From a virus: 64,000 nucleotides of DNA. The notes beneath the pieces were generated by a model. It was not told the DNA's origin, made no database searches, and saw only the letters and a list, made by a program, of their open reading frames with translations. The stretch lies in the IMG/VR virus record IMGVR_UViG_3300045988_081755; one strand, 5' to 3'. This document shows positions 28,901-37,213 of the stretch, one piece after another. Both the position numbers and the translations under genes were made by a program. The first letter of the stretch is position 1. Each line of letters opens with the position of its first letter.

Positions 28901-29875
28901 GCTCTTAATCGTGAACACCGCTTGAATCGTGCGGTTCTTAGTAATCTCCCATCCAGGATACGGGTTCGTCGTTGATTCAACCCCCTCTTCATCAACCCAT
29001 TTCGTAAAGTTGTAACCAGTAGCAGGGGTTGCAGTTGATTTAATGCTCGAACCATAGTCATAAGTTCCTCCTCCGGATACCGTTCCCGCACCTGTCGGGG
29101 TAATGGTAAACGCAAGAGAATACCTGTTAAGCGTTCGAGAACCAATTGCTGTGAATGTTCTGTTTGCTGTTATATTTGCCACGCTCAATGACAACGACGA
29201 AGAAATCTTCGTGTCGCCCTCATACCATCCTAAGAATGAATATGAGTATTGAGCCGTATTCGCGAGCAGTGTTGCAACCGCAGTTGCGGTATTTCCCCAA
29301 TTAATCTTCTCGGAAGTCTTATTAATCGTATTGATATAATCTCCTTTCGAATAGGTAACAGTCCAAGTCGAAGTTGCTTGAGTAACTGTTACCGTCCCAA
29401 CGACAGAAGCGATTGAACCCGTAACAGTTATCTTCCCTGTACGTCTTCCAACCGTGTTCTTAGGAATGGGGATTTGGGCACTGAATATAAACTCATCAAC
29501 GGCTCCTGGGTCATCAGGAATTGATGTCCCATTCACCGTCAATAAGCCATTCGCAGTATAATTAGCAGGCAAAACAATAGGGATATCATTCCCCGAACCA
29601 AGAGCGAAAGTAATCTTCGGTGAGTTGCTCTTTCCAGAAACAGTTATCGTCGAAGCTCCTTCGCCTACCTCAAATGAAGTCTTGTCCAAAGTAATGTATT
29701 CAGCAGTTGGCTCTTGCTTAACTTGGTAAGATTTTGCCGCTTCAATTCCTTTGACCACAGCCGTAACAACTGTCTGACGTTCAAGACGACCTTTATGTAT
29801 CGTGCCTGAATTGGTCAGAGTAGCGTCACCCTCTCCGGTCATTGGATTAACGGTCAACCAAGAATCTTTCGCCAT
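25991..29875 (-). CDS. 1294-aa fibre-like protein: N-terminal second-half BACON-like segment, about 14 Listeria-Bacteroides (Flg_new-like) repeats, C-terminal first-half BACON-like segment
   Basis: Fourteen G[YF]xFxGW[YS]-type repeats spaced about 75-80 aa apart. It starts MAKDSWLTVNPMTGEGDAT and ends LEVTPTSLSYGATGGSQTFKITTNTSWKIS*. Confidence 0.7.
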   Translation of the reverse strand: MAKDSWLTVNPMTGEGDATLTNSGTIHKGRLERQTVVTAVVKGIEAAKSYQVKQEPTAEYITLDKTSFEVGEGASTITVSGKSNSPKITFALGSGNDIPIVLPANYTANGLLTVNGTSIPDDPGAVDEFIFSAQIPIPKNTVGRRTGKITVTGSIASVVGTVTVTQATSTWTVTYSKGDYINTINKTSEKINWGNTATAVATLLANTAQYSYSFLGWYEGDTKISSSLSLSVANITANRTFTAIGSRTLNRYSLAFTITPTGAGTVSGGGTYDYGSSIKSTATPATGYNFTKWVDEEGVESTTNPYPGWEITKNRTIQAVFTIKSYAINLAAQFRVAESGDFTSGTTGGTVSGGGTFNHGTSVTAKATPATGYSFAGWYEGDSKVSDSASYTFTATGARSLTARFQRQWFTVTFTAGTGGSVSPTSARVQYGGEASSTATASTGYTFSGWSDGTKTAKLTVTNVTANETYAASFGINTYVITYAKGTGIASVTPASETVEHGSNAKGSTAALVTGYNFDGWYNGDTRVSTALTYGPTNVTGNMTLTAKGVLKTFAITGTAQYRDTDSTGSFTSGTNGGTVTGSGTYNYGSKATLTAAAKAGYTFQGWYDAGGTQISTSATYEIASVTAAVTVYARFQKNWFTVTYVRGTGVNALTKTTERVAYNGSVTSDTAVASTGYNTPTWTKTSGTGTLTVSAGKATLSAIQSNCTLTASATINVYTVSYTKNANIASISKTSESVNYGGTATCTATLPANTAQYTYTFAGWYEGSTQVGTALALSVANITAARTFEARGTATVNKYTITVNNGSGGGTYDYGTKVTLTASTIEGKTFSKWSDGVTTASREITVTANATYTAEYTTNTYTVTYVKGTGIATISKTSEVVSWGANATGCTATVTAGYTFDGWYNGATRVSTSLTYAPTAVKSNLSLTAKATINSYTVSPSAYYRNTDGTGNYTAGTTGGTVSGGGSVNHGGSITVTASAAAGYQFDGWYSAGASGGSLLSSSASYAISGVTASMTVYARFTKKYYTITYSAGDYVASLSRTSERVAHGANATGSTMTVSATTAQYSYGVDGWYNGATKITSSATYAPTGVTANATYTAKGTRSLRSYTVTYNKNAYIASVSRASESVSYGGTAAGSTASLPATTAQYSYSFDGWYNGSTRVSTSVTYSPGTITGNVTVEARGNRTTRSYTISVSLDSSAAGRGSVSGGGSYNYGASATVVCTKTNSADVFDGWYEGSTRVSTSLSYQFTVTGARTLVAKILYLEVTPTSLSYGATGGSQTFKITTNTSWKIS

Positions 29876-29901
29876 ACCCTAATTTGTTTTTAAAATTGTT
29901 T

Positions 29902-30438
29902 CTAACTGACAGTCCAGTTCACATTGGTTGAAACTTGGAATGTCTTACTTCCACCAGCGGCATCGTAGTCCAAAGATGTAGGTGTGACATCAAGATAGAA
30001 TATCTTAGCGACAAGGCTCACGGCTTCAGTGGCTGTGAACGTATATGTCGCACTCGAACTCACCTTGGTGGCTCCCTTATACCATCCATCGAATACGTCA
30101 CCACTCTTCGTCAGATTACATTTTGCAGTCACCTGACTTCCAGCACTTACCTCCGCAGACGCAGTAGCACCAGCAGCACCACCGTTCAACTGAACCGTAC
30201 CACGACTCGTAACGTCTGAATTGATTGACAGAGCAACTTGGAATGTACCCTGTGCAATGTCCTTCAACATTACATAATCGTTATTGCCGTAGGAAGCCAA
30301 CGCATCAGCGTCAAACTTTCCTGTCGCAACAAGTTCTTTCTTGCGGACGTAATTATTAGCAGGAACACCTATTACGTCGGGAGTTATCCCAACGGTGTCC
30401 GCTGCCTGTTTTGATGTCGCATACGGATTATTTGCCAT
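29902..30438 (-). CDS. 178-aa protein with one Flg_new-like repeat, ending in a first-half BACON-like segment
   Basis: The C-terminal ~100 aa are paralogous to the C-terminus of the 1294-aa protein (VFDGWYKGATKVS...LDVTPTSLDYDAAGGSKTFQVSTNVNWTVS*). Confidence 0.55.
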   Translation of the reverse strand: MANNPYATSKQAADTVGITPDVIGVPANNYVRKKELVATGKFDADALASYGNNDYVMLKDIAQGTFQVALSINSDVTSRGTVQLNGGAAGATASAEVSAGSQVTAKCNLTKSGDVFDGWYKGATKVSSSATYTFTATEAVSLVAKIFYLDVTPTSLDYDAAGGSKTFQVSTNVNWTVS

Positions 30439-30440
30439 AA

Positions 30441-30692
30441 TTAAGTAGTTTTTCCGGCACTTGCCTGACAGTCCACAAACTTCGTGAAAGCGATATTTCC
30501 AGAAACAGTATTGATTTTATCAACGATTTGTTGCCCCGTCAATTTGCTCATAATACCAGCCCCAGTCAGCTTATCAAGAATATTCTTCTCCGTCAATCCA
30601 TCAAGAATAGAAGACGGATTCTGTTGCTGATTCTGAACTATTGTCAGTAACTCATCAACTTTTGCTCCTGTGAATTTCGATTTATACGCCAT
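30441..30692 (-). CDS. hypothetical small protein
   Basis: 83-aa ORF with a GATTATG start, tightly packed against its neighbours. Confidence 0.4.
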   Translation of the reverse strand: MAYKSKFTGAKVDELLTIVQNQQQNPSSILDGLTEKNILDKLTGAGIMSKLTGQQIVDKINTVSGNIAFTKFVDCQASAGKTT

Positions 30693-30711
30693 AATCTTAT
30701 TTATTATTGGT

Positions 30712-30969
30712 TTATTCTTTTAACACCCCAAAATCGCTTCCAGTTGAATCCTGGAACCCCTCATCACTATCAGCAGGAATGAACGGCTCACGGAGACCCA
30801 ATTGAGTGATTGTAAACGATGATTCCAAAGGGATTGTTCCTTCGGTGATTTTACCTGTAACGGTCATCGTTCTGTCGAACCCCTCATTCGTTTCAACAGC
30901 AAGCGGGACAGCAGCCGACATTGCTGTCGGCTGTGCCACTTTCTTTGCCTTTTTCAACCGTTTTCCCAT
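30712..30969 (-). CDS. hypothetical small protein
   Basis: 85-aa ORF, 11 nt downstream of the 211-aa gene. It resembles a second-half BACON-like segment only weakly (DRTMTVTG...FTITQ). Confidence 0.4.
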   Translation of the reverse strand: MGKRLKKAKKVAQPTAMSAAVPLAVETNEGFDRTMTVTGKITEGTIPLESSFTITQLGLREPFIPADSDEGFQDSTGSDFGVLKE

Positions 30970-30980
30970 ATTCTAATAGA

Positions 30981-31616
30981 TTAGGAAAGTTCCCAAGAAG
31001 TATTAGAAATGATTGTCTGAGATACGGCTGCACCGCTTGCTTCCAGAGTGATTGTATCATTACCGAATGCAAACGTCGGGTCACCAGCAGATTGCTTAAT
31101 CTGAATTTGCTGAGACTGCCCTCCAGCGGTCGTAACTTTCATGGCAGCGGTCAATTCATCAACCGATGTATTGGCTGCGATACCTGTGAAAGTAATACTG
31201 AACTCGAACTCCTGAGTCGCTCCAGGGTCACCAGTGATAGCCACATTATTAGTGGTCTCAACTCCACCAGCGGTGTATTTGCTCGGAAGAGTCAATTCCA
31301 AACCTCCCTCAACGACCGCACGAGTTTTCAAATCGACAAGTTCGAAATTCAACTTAGAAGAGTTGGATTTACCTGTGATTGTCAGGGTTCCACCTGCTTT
31401 TCCAACAGTTGTTTCAGCTCCGTCGTTGAACGAAACGAACTCTGCCTTTCCCTTCTGGATTACGGTGTACGTCTTATTCGGAGATACGCCCACTGCCACA
31501 CCAGTCACCGTGGTAGTACGTTGTTCACGACCAGTGTGAACTGTACCTGTGTTCTGAACTGTCGCATTACCATTTCCCGAAGCGGGAGCGACGGTCAGCC
31601 ATACTGCTTTTGCCAT
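30981..31616 (-). CDS. 211-aa BACON/Ig-like protein (second-half segment, one full module, first-half segment)
   Basis: It starts MAKAVWLTVAPASGNGNAT, homologous to the N-terminus of the 1294-aa protein. It ends ...ITLEASGAAVSQTIISNTSWELS*. Confidence 0.5.
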   Translation of the reverse strand: MAKAVWLTVAPASGNGNATVQNTGTVHTGREQRTTTVTGVAVGVSPNKTYTVIQKGKAEFVSFNDGAETTVGKAGGTLTITGKSNSSKLNFELVDLKTRAVVEGGLELTLPSKYTAGGVETTNNVAITGDPGATQEFEFSITFTGIAANTSVDELTAAMKVTTAGGQSQQIQIKQSAGDPTFAFGNDTITLEASGAAVSQTIISNTSWELS

Positions 31617-31658
31617 AAATTCACTATTTTAAACGTTAAACAAAATTTTTCTCACCAA

Positions 31659-31666
31659 CAAAGATA
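31659..31666 (-). promoter_or_regulatory. -7 promoter element TATCTTTG
   Basis: Exact TAnnTTTG in the 31617-31686 gap upstream of ATG 31616. Confidence 0.4.
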
Positions 31667-31686
31667 GTAATATTAGAGCGAATTCC

Positions 31687-32568
31687 CTACTCAAGCCTCC
31701 AAGCGGTCTTCGCTTCAATATCCTGTTCCCCTTGATTATTCATTTCATCCAGCCACACATATCCCGACTTAAACTGAAACAGTTCGTTCCCTGTCTGAAG
31801 AACCCAATCTGTATTTGAATAGATAGTATTTTCTCCATTATTAGTAAGCTGGTCGAGCCACACATACGGGTGTGAAAATTCAAAATATTTGTCAATAGGA
31901 GGTGGATTCCAACTTGGGTCTGACCCAACAGGTATCGCATCCTCTATCACAAATCTCCTCACAATTTCAGGTCTAACGATTGAAGCATAATCTCCTATGT
32001 CCTCAACCTCTATTGACACGTTCTTTATCAATATCGGTTGCGGAAACAGGCTGTTCTCCGCTATCAATTCATTCGTGCTGAAATCGAAGTACGCAAACTC
32101 TTCCTCGAACGTATTTCTTGCACCTATCAACAACGCATACAATACCTCACCAATCAAGATTGATTCAAGCATATTGTCACTGAAGCACATCAGGTCAATT
32201 CTTGAAAGAGCTGGCTGTCGGAACCCCTCACGTTCATATTCAGGAACCCCAAAGGTATCAAGCACGGGAGCACCGTACCCACCCAACGGAGCTGGCTTAT
32301 CGGTTGAACGTCCTGGCTCTCTTACAATTATACAAGGCATATGGCTCTTATCCTTAGGATATTCCATCTTCACCTGTATCTTCCGAGGATTAGTATTCTT
32401 CCTCAAGAAAAGTGCCTTCGCCTGTTCGTAGAAGTCAAACTGCCCATCCCGAGTCCCGTAGAACATATGGTATAAGAAAGTCTGGGTCTCCGGCACACTT
32501 TCGTAATCATACTGAATGTATGCTATCAACCCATCGACTATCTGTTTTATTCTTGCAATTAGTATCAT
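31687..32568 (-). CDS. neck/head-completion region protein (hypothetical)
   Basis: 293-aa ORF between the capsid and tail modules. Confidence 0.4.
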   Translation of the reverse strand: MILIARIKQIVDGLIAYIQYDYESVPETQTFLYHMFYGTRDGQFDFYEQAKALFLRKNTNPRKIQVKMEYPKDKSHMPCIIVREPGRSTDKPAPLGGYGAPVLDTFGVPEYEREGFRQPALSRIDLMCFSDNMLESILIGEVLYALLIGARNTFEEEFAYFDFSTNELIAENSLFPQPILIKNVSIEVEDIGDYASIVRPEIVRRFVIEDAIPVGSDPSWNPPPIDKYFEFSHPYVWLDQLTNNGENTIYSNTDWVLQTGNELFQFKSGYVWLDEMNNQGEQDIEAKTAWRLE

Positions 32569-32570
32569 CT

Positions 32571-33341
32571 CTATAATTGATTTAAAAATTCATCAATCGC
32601 CATGTCAGCTACCTCAAACACCTGTGCCTCGTCAAGAGCTCTGTCCATGAACTTCCGAGGTTCAAATCCAGGATGAATCCAACTCAACGGGTCACTGTTA
32701 TTACTGACCCTGCGGAATGTAAAGTATCCCCCTCGATTCTCTTTGTCCGTAGATGAAACATCAATCCTCACGAGTCCTTGGTATTGGGGTGATTTATGGG
32801 TGTACTCTGGTATTACTCCGTTCGCTGTTCGAATTTCCTTACGACGACCCAATTGAGCGTACTGTGCTGGGAGTTGAGACTTCTTTACAGGCTGCCCACC
32901 GTTACTTTTTGCAATGTCGTATATTTCTTTCGGCAAAGCATTTTGAAAAATTGTGGATTCAGCAACAGCGTCAGGAGTAGCATAACGGAAAGGAATTGTC
33001 AAATACCAACCCCCACTTAAAGAAGTTTTCTTCTTCGGGGAATTGGCGAATCCTGGTTTCTCGTCGAACGGAGCTTTACCCTCTTCAAGAGCCAAAGCCA
33101 AACCATCCTGTCCAGGCTGTAAACCAAACACAACTTCCGTCGCACTCACTCGGTCGACATACATTGCTTGCTTATACAGTTTTCGAGTTTTCTTCAACTC
33201 TTTATTGACAAGGTTCTCCCACTTATTTACATACTCCGTCACGACTCGGTTGATAATTTCACCACCGAGTGCCTGAGCTTGGTCGCCTGTCAAAGCAAAC
33301 TCCGCTACAATTTCGCTCAAATCAACGTGTATCGGAATCAT
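32571..33341 (-). CDS. neck/head-completion region protein (hypothetical)
   Basis: 256-aa ORF that overlaps the upstream gene. Confidence 0.4.
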   Translation of the reverse strand: MIPIHVDLSEIVAEFALTGDQAQALGGEIINRVVTEYVNKWENLVNKELKKTRKLYKQAMYVDRVSATEVVFGLQPGQDGLALALEEGKAPFDEKPGFANSPKKKTSLSGGWYLTIPFRYATPDAVAESTIFQNALPKEIYDIAKSNGGQPVKKSQLPAQYAQLGRRKEIRTANGVIPEYTHKSPQYQGLVRIDVSSTDKENRGGYFTFRRVSNNSDPLSWIHPGFEPRKFMDRALDEAQVFEVADMAIDEFLNQL

Positions 33342-34134
33342 TATTATCGTCGTTATAGATTATCCCACTACCATCATAATTCGGTCGCTGCATATCAATA
33401 AGATGAGTCCTTCTCCCCACACCCTGTATGGGCATCTTGAGGATTTGTAGCTGCCCACTCTTCTTGTCTTTTCCTAACGAAGCACGTATCTCGTGAGGCA
33501 TATCAATGATATGATACTCCACCCGATGTTTGTACAGCACGGAAACCCCCATATCGGGTTCGACATTTCCAGGAGCAAATCGTAGGCAATACGGGTTCTC
33601 CGGAACAACTTCATACGTCGATGGGTCTAACTTCACCAACGGTGATGTTGAATCCTTAAAGATGTACACTGCCTCGATACCACCCTCTATTGGTGCGTAT
33701 GATAGAAAAACAGCAACCTCGTCACCTATCATCAGCCTCGCAACCAACATTTCCGTAAACGAAGCATATTCGTCCTCAACGGTTACTCTGTCAAAGTAGG
33801 AGAGGAAGTCTTTATCCTCATCACGAACAGTTATCGCAGCCGTACCCATCAATTCGGGAGCCCATTGAACGTATTGAGTATTCCGGTTCAAACCTGTTAC
33901 AAGAGCTTTCGTCCTACGAGGATTCACGAAGAAATATCCAAAGCCGTGACAGTTCTGACAATCAGGAAGAGCAGCTCCTGAACTTCCCTGACATGGGCAG
34001 CGAATAGCCTTTTCACAGATTATATCATAGCCGTGTGCCCAAATAACCGAATTGAAGTCATTTGGGCGAAAGCTCACCTGCGGTTGCCCATATAGGGACT
34101 GTTCGGGTGCTTCTGTTATGTTTCTTCTGTTCAT
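33322..34134 (-). CDS. neck region protein with Cys4 knuckle (CPCQG...CQNCHGFG)
   Basis: 270-aa ORF with a zinc-ribbon-like motif. Function not assigned. Confidence 0.4.
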   Translation of the reverse strand: MNRRNITEAPEQSLYGQPQVSFRPNDFNSVIWAHGYDIICEKAIRCPCQGSSGAALPDCQNCHGFGYFFVNPRRTKALVTGLNRNTQYVQWAPELMGTAAITVRDEDKDFLSYFDRVTVEDEYASFTEMLVARLMIGDEVAVFLSYAPIEGGIEAVYIFKDSTSPLVKLDPSTYEVVPENPYCLRFAPGNVEPDMGVSVLYKHRVEYHIIDMPHEIRASLGKDKKSGQLQILKMPIQGVGRRTHLIDMQRPNYDGSGIIYNDDNNDSDTR

Positions 34135-34934
34135 TATACCACAACCATTTTTATTTCGTCATAAATCAATTTTATCCTCTTCACTGTTTCAGCAATCTCC
34201 TTCTGATACTGTATGATACGAGCACCATAACCAGCATTCGTTGCGGAAGAAGTAGAACTGATTGATTGACTCAACCCGTCCACACCAATTGACTGGGCAG
34301 CGATACCAGCACCAAGAATCAAGTCTCCGGCAATACCTAATGGTCCAAACGTCGCTAACTTTCCAGTCAGGTTAATTAAGTCCATAGGCATGTGGTCGAG
34401 GTCGAATCCTGTAATGTACTGGAAATCCCAGTAATCCGGAATCAATCTAAAATGCTGACTACCCAATTGAGTAGTCAAACCGCTTAGAATCACTTCCGCA
34501 TTCGCAGTAGCAACAGCCGAACCCGTCGGAACGATTGATACACGTCTCTTATAAAGACCGTAACTGTTCTGATGAGTTGTAAGCCATTGTGTCGGATAGG
34601 AGATTTGCTCAAGATTGTTGAACCGTCCCGTCAACGAAATTGGCTTGTTGACGGGATAGTTCGTGAACAGAATAGGAAATTCCTGCCAATAGTCGGCTCG
34701 GTAGAATGTCAGCTTCTCTTGGTCAATGAACTGGCGCATCAGTTTAAGGTTGAAGAAGTTCTCCACCTCTTTCTGTGCTGCCTGAATGTAGAACCTCATG
34801 CTCTCAGAGCTGAATGAAGTCCCGTCACCACCCTGTATAGTTATCCCGTACAGGTACAAAGAAAAAATCTCCGTGGGATTAAACATCATCCCCGTATTCT
34901 TTCTATACTTCATTGTCAAAACAAGCTGTCCCAT
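34134..34934 (-). CDS. neck/connector region protein (hypothetical)
   Basis: 266-aa ORF sharing 1 nt with the next gene. Confidence 0.4.
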   Translation of the reverse strand: MGQLVLTMKYRKNTGMMFNPTEIFSLYLYGITIQGGDGTSFSSESMRFYIQAAQKEVENFFNLKLMRQFIDQEKLTFYRADYWQEFPILFTNYPVNKPISLTGRFNNLEQISYPTQWLTTHQNSYGLYKRRVSIVPTGSAVATANAEVILSGLTTQLGSQHFRLIPDYWDFQYITGFDLDHMPMDLINLTGKLATFGPLGIAGDLILGAGIAAQSIGVDGLSQSISSTSSATNAGYGARIIQYQKEIAETVKRIKLIYDEIKMVVV

Positions 34935-34939
34935 CTTAA

Positions 34940-35569
34940 TTACTCTTTAGAGGATGCTACCAAAAATTCGATGATTTCAGCTTTCGTTTTCTCAGCAATA
35001 GCAGCCATGTCAAAGCCACTCTCGGTTCCGAAAGCTATCAATTCATCTTTCTTCATTCCAGAAAGTTCTTTACGAAGAGCCTCTTCCTCCTGTTCCGGAG
35101 TCAAAGTTTCACCGCCATCACCCTCTGCGGGATTTTCGTCGCCTGTGGTCGCTGCGGTGTCTGCTGCGGGATTTTCAGGTGCTGGGGGTGTAACTGTCTC
35201 GGGTGCGGGGATAATTCCCTCAGCGAGCTTTAAACGAGCCTCATGCTCCTTCTCGTATTCACCTTTCCAGTTTACAACCTCTTGCTCGAGCTCTTCAATC
35301 TTCTTCTTCTGAGAAGTATTGATGTTAGTCAAGCGAGCCAGTTCCTTTTTGTACCACTCTTCACGGTCGTTGAAATCAGACTTCATCTGAACTTCCTTAG
35401 GAGTTTCGAATACGGGCTGTTTGCCGTGTTCATACAGGTTGGGTAAACCTAACTTCAGAGCTTCCTTCCCGAACTCGTCCTCGACCTCTGCAACACAATT
35501 AACGAACTTCACGTTCGTGCCATTAATGTTGATTACCTTGTTTCCTGCTTTTCTGTTAAAAAGTTTCAT
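34940..35569 (-). CDS. hypothetical protein with coiled-coil and acidic Pro/Ala-rich linker
   Basis: 209-aa ORF and the first gene after the strong terminator that follows the capsid gene. Confidence 0.4.
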   Translation of the reverse strand: MKLFNRKAGNKVININGTNVKFVNCVAEVEDEFGKEALKLGLPNLYEHGKQPVFETPKEVQMKSDFNDREEWYKKELARLTNINTSQKKKIEELEQEVVNWKGEYEKEHEARLKLAEGIIPAPETVTPPAPENPAADTAATTGDENPAEGDGGETLTPEQEEEALRKELSGMKKDELIAFGTESGFDMAAIAEKTKAEIIEFLVASSKE

Positions 35570-35599
35570 AATCGTTTCTTTAATTTGTTTATAAAATTA

Positions 35600-35630
35600 A
35601 TGGGGATGGGACTTACCACCCCATCCCCAT
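35600..35630 (-). terminator. rho-independent terminator after the major capsid gene
   Basis: 11-bp perfect stem ATGGGGATGGG / CCCATCCCCAT with a 9-nt loop. TAATTTTAT follows on the minus strand. Confidence 0.6.
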
Positions 35631-35657
35631 CATTATAACGTTACTCGGTCGTCTTTT

Positions 35658-37175
35658 TTAGGTAGTCGGCAAACCAATCTTACCAATGTTGATGATACGA
35701 GCAATCTTTCCTGGCATATACTCAACGGGAGTACCATAGTTCAGGACAGAGAACGAACGTCTCGGACCAACAATAGCGTAATCCAGTTTCATGGTACCAC
35801 CCAGTTCCAGATACTCAATCATTTCACTTCCGTTGAAGTAAACAAGAGCAGATTTGGTTCCGGCAATCCAACGGTTGCGGTCGTGAACCTCTCCCGGAGC
35901 AGCACCGTCCCATCCAGCAGCCAACTCAGTTGTGCTAACTTCAAAGATAGGATAGAAGTCTGCAGTCCCCTTATCAACAGGGTCTTTCTCAGTACGATAG
36001 ATAACGTAGCAAGTTTCAGGATAAGCAGAAGACTGCGCACCTTTGAACTTCAGAGTCACTGACTGAGTAGCACCAACAGCCTGTTCAGTGTCGTTCAGCA
36101 ATACAGGTTCAGACTCTCCGTAACGGTTCTTTGCTGTAACAGCATAGAAGTAGTTACCAGCGTGAACAGAGCCGAATACTCCCTTAGCATCAACAGCCAC
36201 AGCAACCGGAGTTGTTGTATCCTTGATAGGAGCATTAGGAGCTTTGTCAGAAGTCTTACCACCGCCCAACTTAATCGGTTTCGCGAAGTCGAAGAACTTG
36301 TCTGCCTTGATGTTCACTTTACCGAATTGAGTAGTGATGTCGTTTACCGACTGACCCATAGTAGCACCAACGACGCCACCAGCCATACCTACCACAACAC
36401 GTTTTGACTCGTGGAAGAGTTTCACGTAGTTGTTGAATACGATAGGAGAAGAAACGATACGGTCGATGATACCGTTTCGGTCGTTTACAACTGCCTGAGC
36501 AGCGTCTTCAACCAAAGCGTCGTTCAGTACAGAACCGTTTGCGTTCAGCACAGCAACGTCACCGAAGTAAGCGTCCAACACCTGTTCAGATGTTTTACCC
36601 AGAAGACCACCTGTGATATCGTTAATACCAGCGATGTGCTGAGCAAATACACCGTCAAACTCTTCAGGAACTTTTGCCGAGTTGGCGTCGATTACCTTTT
36701 TGTCCAGGATAGTCTGAAGCAAGATGGTCTTGTTCTCAACTTCCTTTGTGTACAGGCTACCAACGACAGTCTTGACAATCATACCCGGATGAGTCACCTG
36801 ACCAGTCACACCAGTGAATTTCACGGTGATTGACTTACGACGGTAAACAGAGTCAGTTTCAGTAGGAGTTTCACCTTCCTGATTGAAGATACCTACTTCC
36901 TGACCATATTTGTAGAGCTGATTGTACTGGTGAACAGTATTGTCAATTTTCTGACGGTTCAGTTCGTTCCAGAATACCAACTGGTCCAAACGGTTCTCGA
37001 GGTTCTTCAGCACAGAATCCAGAGATTCAGGTTTCAAACCACCACCGTTATTCAATTGGTCGTTGTACTGCATACCAGTCAACAGACCCGCCTCCATCGC
37101 CTTCAAGATTTCATCTGAAGACAGACTTTCCAACGGATTGGCGTTTTCCGTTCCAGTGTAATTGAATAAATCCAT
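35658..37175 (-). CDS. major capsid protein
   Basis: 505-aa ORF directly after the scaffold gene and followed by the strongest terminator in the window. The call is positional. Confidence 0.6.
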   Translation of the reverse strand: MDLFNYTGTENANPLESLSSDEILKAMEAGLLTGMQYNDQLNNGGGLKPESLDSVLKNLENRLDQLVFWNELNRQKIDNTVHQYNQLYKYGQEVGIFNQEGETPTETDSVYRRKSITVKFTGVTGQVTHPGMIVKTVVGSLYTKEVENKTILLQTILDKKVIDANSAKVPEEFDGVFAQHIAGINDITGGLLGKTSEQVLDAYFGDVAVLNANGSVLNDALVEDAAQAVVNDRNGIIDRIVSSPIVFNNYVKLFHESKRVVVGMAGGVVGATMGQSVNDITTQFGKVNIKADKFFDFAKPIKLGGGKTSDKAPNAPIKDTTTPVAVAVDAKGVFGSVHAGNYFYAVTAKNRYGESEPVLLNDTEQAVGATQSVTLKFKGAQSSAYPETCYVIYRTEKDPVDKGTADFYPIFEVSTTELAAGWDGAAPGEVHDRNRWIAGTKSALVYFNGSEMIEYLELGGTMKLDYAIVGPRRSFSVLNYGTPVEYMPGKIARIINIGKIGLPTT

Positions 37176-37213
37176 TTCCTATTTATTTTTAAAGTTATAA
37201 TTCGATAACGAAA

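Noticed and set aside
28672-29145. 157-aa same-strand alternative-frame ORF inside the 1294-aa repeat gene
   Set aside because: It is an out-of-frame reading of the repeat region, Arg/Leu-rich, with no independent start context.
30921-31667. Long antisense ORFs (this 248-aa one, plus 41819..42535, 15043..15603, 55839..56453, 36411..36833 and others)
   Set aside because: Each lies entirely opposite a longer minus-strand gene with recognisable domains or operon context. They have Ser/Arg/Leu/Cys-rich shadow-frame composition and no promoter or start context.
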